Part shown: positions 33,001 to 42,000 of the stretch, piece after piece
How positions within the stretch are numbered: position 1 is the first letter of the stretch
Layout of the letters: the number at the start of each line of letters is the position of its first letter
Origin: a virus
Reading direction: 5' to 3' (one strand)
DNA: 64,000 nucleotides
IMG/VR virus record: IMGVR_UViG_3300026292_000004
Location: 26,509-90,508 of that record
Position numbers and translations under genes: made by a program
Notes under the pieces: model-generated
Seen by the model: the letters and a program-made list of their open reading frames with translations, nothing else
What the model was told of the DNA's origin: nothing
Database searches by the model: none

Positions 33001-36000
33001 TGGATCAGTAACGATTACCTCAGCAATCTGACCTGGAATGTTGTTACCTTCATCATCCTCACCATCAGCAACAGTAATATTAACCTTACCACCTTCTCCA
33101 TCACCACTAATAGGTACTCCAGTGTATTCTCCTACAGCATATTCAGTACCTGGTTCAGTGATTGCAACTCTTTCAATCTTACGATTGGAGACAATTTGTG
33201 AAATAACAGGTAACTTCTTGTAGAACCCACCACCATTTACTAGACGGATATCTCCAATTGGTCCAACTGCTTTAGTTGAGAATGTTGTATATTTAACTAA
33301 ACTTGCTTGAGCAGTACCTTCTGGTTCCGAAGTTAATGGGAACTTAAAGATTGTATCACCAGTAGTAATAGTACCACCACTAGTAGAGTATATTACGAAA
33401 TTGCCGTTATATGGTGTAGTTACAACATCCATGTAAGTACCAGCATCAACTGGAGATGTATCACCAGTTTTTGATGGATCAAAGTAATATGATATATTTG
33501 TTACATCATTATTAATAGAAATCTGAACATAAGGTTCTGGTTGGTTTCCAACCTGATAACCTGGAGTTCCAACACGAGTAATTGAGTTGAATGAATATTC
33601 TAACTTAAATAGGTTATCCTTAGAGAAGGACATGAAATATCCTTGCAAGGATGTATCACCAAGCATAAACTTATACTTGTGCTGATAATACATCTTAAGT
33701 ACAGGATGCTTGGCATATATGTCAATTGCCGAAGCAGCAACAGGTAAACCAACAGCAACTGCTCGTAAACCAACAATAAATGATCTAGTGCTTAAAACAT
33801 TAGTAACATTGAATGATCCATTAAATTCCTCAAGATCATTACCAGAAATTAATAGATTATCTCCAACTTTATGGCGATGTGCTTCAGCAGTAGTAAAGTA
33901 AATCTTATCAGTATTAGCAGCATCATCAAGGATTATAATCTTCTCAAGATTAGTAATTAGAGTAATCTGAGTTACAGCAGTCAATTGATTAGGTGAAGCA
34001 CCAATTGTTAACTGAGTTCTATCGGCATTCCAAGAAACAGTATCTGAAGTTGGAGTAATAACACTTCCAACAATATATGGAGATCCAGCAGGTGCAGTAG
34101 CATCAATTCTTACAGTATAATCATTAATACTATATTCCTTAAATCTAGCAGATAATCCACCAGGAATGTCAAATATGAATGTACCTTGTCCAGCAGTAGC
34201 ATCATGATCCTGATTAGCAAAGGTTTGTGATGCAATTTCATTAACTTCAGTTCCAGTAGATACAATTTCTCCAGTATCTTCCCAACCTACCCAATCAGTA
34301 GCAGTACCGTAACTTGCAACATATACACCAGTAGAATCACTATCTACAATAGTAGCAGTTCCTATAACCTGCCCACCAGCATTCTTTTGTTGTAATTGAG
34401 ATCCAACATTAAAAGTTGCAGGTTGATTGAATGTGAATTTAAGAATATTATCTGCTTGTATAGCATCAACAGTCTGAATATAAAACTTACCCCAAGTTAG
34501 TGGAGTTGCTTTAACCTTTCTACCACCAATAGCAGGTATAGTAGCAGTTCTAGTAGACCATACATCTGTAGTAGATGATATAGTTACAGAGTCAAGTACA
34601 AGAGTTGAGTTTGCATCATTGTAGTCTAGAACCTGTAAACCTTCACCTGCAAGTGTTAATGCTCCTGGATTAATTACCTGATCAGTAACATTACTGTAGG
34701 TATATGCAGCAGTATTGAATTGCCACGTAGTATTAGTTCCAGTAAAGTCTCCTTGACGACTAGTATCAACATTCTTATCAGTCTTAAGTATTAAACTGCA
34801 ATCAACAGCGTAAGTATATTTCTGGAGATAAGTATTAAAATCAGCAGTAGTAGAAGGAACTATAACCTGTATTACACGGTCAGTAATCTTAAATCCATCA
34901 ACATTAAATGATCCAGCAGTGGTAACAGTCAATCCTGAAGAAGCACTCTGCCAATTAGGTGAGTTACCCATGTAAATCTTAGCAGTAGTTGCAATATTGC
35001 TATTTCCTGGAAGAGTTCCTGTACCTACTTGAGTTCCATTAGCATATACAGTATAGACATTACCATTCTTAGTTAATGCAATATGAACATAACCAACGTT
35101 GTTAATAAGAACATTATCAACACTAGCAATAGCACCAGCAGTTCTTTGAGTAGTAGCAGAAGCATACATCTCAATCCGCTTATTACTACGGTTTAACATG
35201 ACCGTAATACCTGGTTCATTACCATGTCCTACACCAAATAGGATATGGTGACTAGATCCAGCAGTACCTAATCTAGTATCTTGCTGATCATTAGATTCAT
35301 CAACTGAGAAGAATCCTTCAATTGTCCAATTACCATTAACATCAAATGAATCCTTGAATCCCCAAATACCTGTATTATTGCCTGGTTCTAGTTCAAAGTG
35401 AGTATCTGCCCATGCAGATCCATCCCAAGCATCAATCATCAAACCACCAGTACTACCCTTACCATTAGGAGCACCACTAGTAATATTAGAACCTTTATAG
35501 TAATCTCCAATAAGATTTCTATTAGTAATGTTACCTGTTGTATCTACAGGTTCAGTTTCACTAGTTTGTTCAAAGTTAAAGAGTCCAATGACTTCATTAC
35601 GGAATGCTTGTCCTACAAAAATTGGGTCACCAGAAGCATCTGAAACAAAATCGTTAATTTCAAATCCAACTATATTTCTAGTAAATTTAACTACATTAGT
35701 AGAAATTAAAGTACCATCATACTTAATCTTGGTAATTTCACTTTGCTTACGATATGCATCATACTCAGCAGTAGATTCGTTAACCTCATAGTTACATGCA
35801 ACGTTATACTGTCCGAATACATCAATATTACCACCAATTGCCTTTAAATTTCTCCAAGTAGTTCCTCCAGTAGGAGTCCAACGCTTACCCCAAACAACAG
35901 TGTCACTAGTAGTTACTTTAGTAACAATTATTGAATTTGAGTTAGATGCAGAGTATGCAGTACCAGAAACATAGAAATCTCCAAATTCGTCAATATCAAA

Positions 36001-39000
36001 CTTAGGATCCCAGAAATTATAACTGGTTGCAGTAAAGTTAGTAACTTTGTCTACAGCAAGTTGGAATTGTTGTGCTTCACAATGTGCAATAGCAAATGAC
36101 TTCTGAGGACTAGTATTAGTAGGTGCAACCTCTAAAAGAGCATAGAATTTACCATTATCAGGATTATACTTAATATCTGCTACTTTTTCAGAAGAATCGG
36201 TACTAGCGATCTTTCTCTTTTGTTGAATAAGAAGGTTTTCGTTGAATACAATCAAGAAAGCATCATAAGGGTTAGAAGTGTTAGTATTGGTATAACCACC
36301 CATACAGAACTTATTTTCACCAACCTTAGTAAGTGCAGTTACTATATCTTGACGAGTAGAACCTGAAATACCAGCAATTTCCTTCTGATACTGTATTCCT
36401 ACATTAGCACCACCTGAAGATTGATTGAACTTCATCAAAACAATATCAGGGTTGTAGTTAATATTGAGTGAATTTGGTTTTGTAGTACCACTTACATATA
36501 CATCTTGAGTATCACTAGTAATATCAACATATATTGCAGCAAAATCACAATAAGTATCTTGACCACTTGGTTGCTCAGATCTAGCAGTTTTAGACCAAAT
36601 TAAGTCTCCAGACTGAGAATACTTAGCAACATAACCTACTCTGTTGTTATATTCATCTAATGTATTACCACAAACGTAATAATCCTTAGTAGAATTATCA
36701 GTGAATATAGAATTGGCAACAGTATTCTTTAAATTATTTGTATTGTTAAGGAAGTATTCTGCCTTCTTAAATGACTGAGGATGTGAAATTACTAATTTTG
36801 GAGCAGTAGTAAACCCATTACCAGATCTAATAATATTAAATTCTGATACAGTACCATTACCAGTATCAATTATTGGAGTAATAGCAGCATGTTGTCCTAC
36901 ACCATCAATTTCAACACTAATAGGTACATCATCATTATATCCAGTACCAATCTGAGTAACATTAATTTGTTCAATACCATCAACGGCTTTAACCTTATAA
37001 GTCTCTAATTCACTTGCTGAATTTGGAGTATAATCAATAAGAACTCTATCAGTAGCAAGAAGATCATGAGGTTCAGCACATTCCACAACACCATGAGGAA
37101 CATCATCAATTAACTCATAACTGTAAGAACTAACAGATTTACCTTCAATTGTTCTAACAACAGCAGATATACCATATCCTTCAGTATCAGTGTTATCAAA
37201 GACCAAACGGTCATTAACCTGATAACTATCACCTGGGTTCTCTACAACAAATGATGAAACAGCAGCATCCTCAAATTTAGTCGTTGTTTCAACTTCAATA
37301 TCAACTTTAGAGTCAAATCTAACTTTAGGGAAGTAGTCAAATAATTCTAACTTGTTTTCTTCAAGTAAAGATCCAACATCTGTAAGTTCTTCAGCAGTTG
37401 TTGTAGTATTAGTGATTTCATAGGTAGCGCGGAAACCGACGTACTCAATGTCAGTAATATTAGCACTTTGTGAAGTTCCGTTATTATCATAAGTAAAATC
37501 TAGTCCAATATATTGATCATAAGTGCCATCAAATGCCTTATGGAAATTTTCATTAGAAATTGCTCTTACTAGAGCAGTATTAACTCCAAGTCCGTTATGA
37601 AGAACTTGTACAGTAATTGCAGTAGTGCTAGGAGCAAATTGACCGTTATTGGTAACAAATGCAGGTACAACATACTGTTGACCTTCTGCCATTGCAATGG
37701 TAGACTGATCATATGTTAACCTGAATACTCTATCATCTTGACGAGTTGCTAAACGATCTCCATTTTGTTGGTAATTAGTATCAATTACTTGGTCACCATC
37801 AGCATCTTCCCAAATTGGGTCAAATGTTAACTCTAAACCATCTTCTGTAGTTAAGAGATCAGCAGTTGCGTTAGGTGTACGTTCAACATCAATGTCAACA
37901 TTCTCATATGGGTCTCTATAACGAATAACACCAGTAGGAATATTTTGCTGAACAGCAGTTGCAGCAAGGTTCCACTTATCTACACTAGAGTTAAAACTAG
38001 GACCAATAATGTATGGGAATACTGGATTACCATCTTCAGTAGCATCAATAGTAATGAAATACCCATAAACACCTTCTGGGAATTCAGGAGTCTTACCAAA
38101 ACGACCATTATAGCGATCTAAGTCACCAACACCGAAGTTATAAGTATAATCTTCTACAAAAGTACCAGCAGGGAATGTATTAGTAGGTGCAGTTCCATAA
38201 TATGAATCTGGGATACCATCATCATTACTATCAGTTAGAATTACAGTTTCTCTACCATAAGCATCAATTGCAGGTAATACAGGACCACCAGTTCTAACTG
38301 GAACTTGATTAGTTACAGAGTTATATACTAACTCAGTTTTAAGACTATAACTAGGTTCTAAGCGACGTACATTTGAAGATTGGTCAGTAGGATCAGCATA
38401 TCCATAAGGACCATAAATTGGGTTACCATCATATGCCCATCCAAGAATAGGTGAGTGCTCAATGTTAGAAGTTGCTTCAGTTAACTTACCATTAGCATCT
38501 TCAATCAAATTATCACCAAGAACGTATCTAAGTCTCTTAGGATTGCTTAAGTGAGCATATTCACCACCATATTGGTTGTTTAGACCAGAGAAAACAGATC
38601 CTTGAGCATCATCAAGAACAGTAGTAGGAATATACCCACCTCTTGTCTCATTTCCGACTTGTAATGGTTTTTGCTCAGGACCAGCAAGGTTATAGTTCCA
38701 ATCTTGAACAGAAGCGGTAAATTTAGCATCTTTACCAACTGAACTTAGAACAATGATTGTAGTTCCTGATTCGTAGTTAATACCACGGTTACTGATAGTA
38801 ATACTTGTAACACGACCAGCATTTTCTCCATCAGTGTCAATAATTGCTTTAGCAACAGCACCAAATCCAGTACCATATATTTCTACTGTAGGAGGTGTTG
38901 TATATCCATTACCAGCGTTAATAACAGCAATTGAGATAATTCGTCCATTATTAACGATTGCTTGTGCCTGAGCACCAGTACCAGAACTTAGAGTAGCAGT

Positions 39001-42000
39001 TGGAGATGAAGTATACTCAGTACCAGCAGCAGTTATGTTAACAGTCTTAATTGGACCTCTAACAGATGCAGTAGCAGTTGCACCAAGACCACCGCCACCT
39101 ACAATAGTGATTTCTGGTTTAGATGTATATCCAGTACCACCATCATTGATTAGAACTCTTGAAACTGCCTTATTAACAACAACAGCAGTTGCAGATGCTC
39201 CAGATCCACCTCCACCAACAATAGAGACTAGAGGAGGTTCTGTATAACCAGATCCAGCAGCATCTACGTCAATTGCAGTAATAGAACCGTTAACAACTAC
39301 ATTACCTGTTGCTCCTGTACCGCCACCACCAGAAAGTGTTAAATTTGGAGGTGCAGCAGCATCATATTCAGATCCAGCAGCATCAATGCTAATAGCAGTA
39401 ACTTTACCAAATATTTTCTTTAAATCTGACTTATAAGACCATACAGAAACACCATTTACCCAAGAACCAGTTGCACCTGGGTTAATTGCGTCTTTTGTTG
39501 AAATTGTTTGAGAAATTCTTGGGAAACGAAGCAATTTACGCTGGTTTCCTGGAATAAGTGCCTGACCTTCAAATGGACCTACTTTATAGTTGGGAATACC
39601 TGATGCAGCAACATAAACGTAGTCATCATTGAAGAATGTGTTCTGAATGTTAGTAGTATAGATGCTAATAACGTTATTAACAGATTCAACGTCAGATTTA
39701 CCTCTGTTAAGGTCAACAGAGATCAAAATGTTACCTTGAGGGATTGTAGAACCAGGTTGTGCTAATTCATACTTAAATACTGTTGCAGATTCTCTAGATT
39801 GAACCAAATAGGTTCCATTGTATACAATTGGGTTTGCACCATAGATTGTTACCTGGTCTCCTACCAAAAGTCCATGTGGGTTACCACAAGTAACAGTTGC
39901 AGTCTGATTATTCAGTCCACCATACTCAATACTAGTAACAGAAACTAATTTTTTAACGTTATAGTTCCAAGTATCAAGCAATTTAGATTCTTCAGAAGCA
40001 CCTAACTTAGAAACTGTTAATTTGTCTCCAGGAAGGTAATAACTACCATCATCTGTTAAAGTTGTGTTCTCTGCCTTAACAATACCAACTAATTTAATAG
40101 TAACTTGAGTTTCTTGCCCATAGTTAACATAAACATAGAAATTGGAGGTTACTTCAGTAGCAGAATCCCAATCATCTACTACACTATTAACTGAACGAGT
40201 ACATTCAATGAACTGGTTAAGTGATTTCTCTTTGTAACGGATTAATTCATTACCTACAAGAATCTCACCGTTCCTTTCTGGCCAACCAATAGTAGAGTCA
40301 ACTGTAATAACACTATCAGTTGCACTAATACCTTCAGCAAGTTTTGTCTTGTATGGAATTGTAAATGCACCAGTAATAGTCTCTTCTGACAGTACAATCT
40401 CAAATATTTCTAATTCTGAAGTCTTAATTGAGATAAAGTTCTCAATTAGAGCAGATGCATCCGTAATATTAGGGTCTACATTATCAGAGAATTGCTGAAT
40501 TAAACCATCAGAAAGATTTGCTGCATCACCTTCAGTAATTACACAACGAAGGATAGTATCAACCTGCCAAGTAGCAGCAGATGGTTTAACAATCTGTTCT
40601 TTAGGGTAAGATACACTTACATCCTCACCATAAAGAATTTTGAACAAATATGCAATAGATTTAGGAGTTCCTTTTGCAGAATAGAACGTCCTAATGTTCT
40701 TAATAACTGTATTGATATTAATTGTATTAAGATCAATCTTAGGAATGTCTGGAAGATACTGTTCTGTGAATTTAGACAACATCTTCTCAATAAAGACACC
40801 ATCTAGACACTTAACAGTACTTGTAAGTACAGGATGAACTGCTGGATAGGTTTTATTCTCAAATATAGCATTTCCGTCTTTATCATATCCTACAAGACCA
40901 GAAACACCACGAGCACAACCAATAAACTGTGCTTTAGTATAAGCAGAACCTTCTTCTATAACTTTAAATCCAGTAACTTCACCAAATCCGACTTCAGCAG
41001 ATGCAGTAGCAGAAGGTGGTCTCTGAATTATGATTGTTGGAGGTTCAGTAATACTATATCCAGTACCAAAGTTGGTAATGTTAATATCAGTGATTTGACC
41101 GTTGAATATTGAAGCAACAGCAGTTGCACCAGTACCACCTATAAATTGACCTGAATTATCCTTCCTATTGTCTACAACGTAGATTGAAGGAATATCAACA
41201 TAACCAGAACCACCAGAAAGTAGTTCAATATCAACCACACGTCCAGTGGAGTCAACAGTAACATCAAGAATTTGAGCAGCACCTGGGTCAATTATAGCGA
41301 TTCTAGGAGCAGATGTATAACCTCTACCTCTATTAACAACACTAAATCCACTTACTGAACCATTTGTCAATGTAGCAGTAATTTCTGCCTGTACAGGATC
41401 AGCACCAGTAGGAGCATCAACATATACGGTAGGAGGAACAGTATAACCTACACCACCTGATAAAACCTCTATAGAAGCAGGATCTACACCATTATTAGAA
41501 TCAAGAGTAGGTTGACTTAGTTTACCACCACCAGGATCCTTAAAGACGATTCTAGGAGTAAATGTATAGTTACTACCTGAGTTATCTAACTCAATAGAAG
41601 TTACAGTTCCATTTTTAACTTTTGCCTTTGCAGTAGCATAAACACCACCAGCAGCAGTTGGAACCTGAATATCTACGATAGGTGGTTGTAAATCACTATA
41701 ACCAGCACCACCATCAAGTAGAGTTAAATTCTTAATACCATTTACAAGTGATTCAGCAGATGCACCACCACCAGAAGTAGTCGTAACTACAGTAACAGCA
41801 GGAGGATTGGTTAACCTATAATCTTTACCACCTTTTTTAACTTTAATACCTGAAAGTTTTCCAGCATTATCAATTTGAGCAACAGCAGTCGCTCCAGTAC
41901 CAAAACTAGTAATTGGTGCCTCAATTGACCCAAGATATGCCCTTTCATCAGCACTAGGAGCAGTTTTGAGTTTTAAAGTCTGTTTAAGTCCATCACTAAC

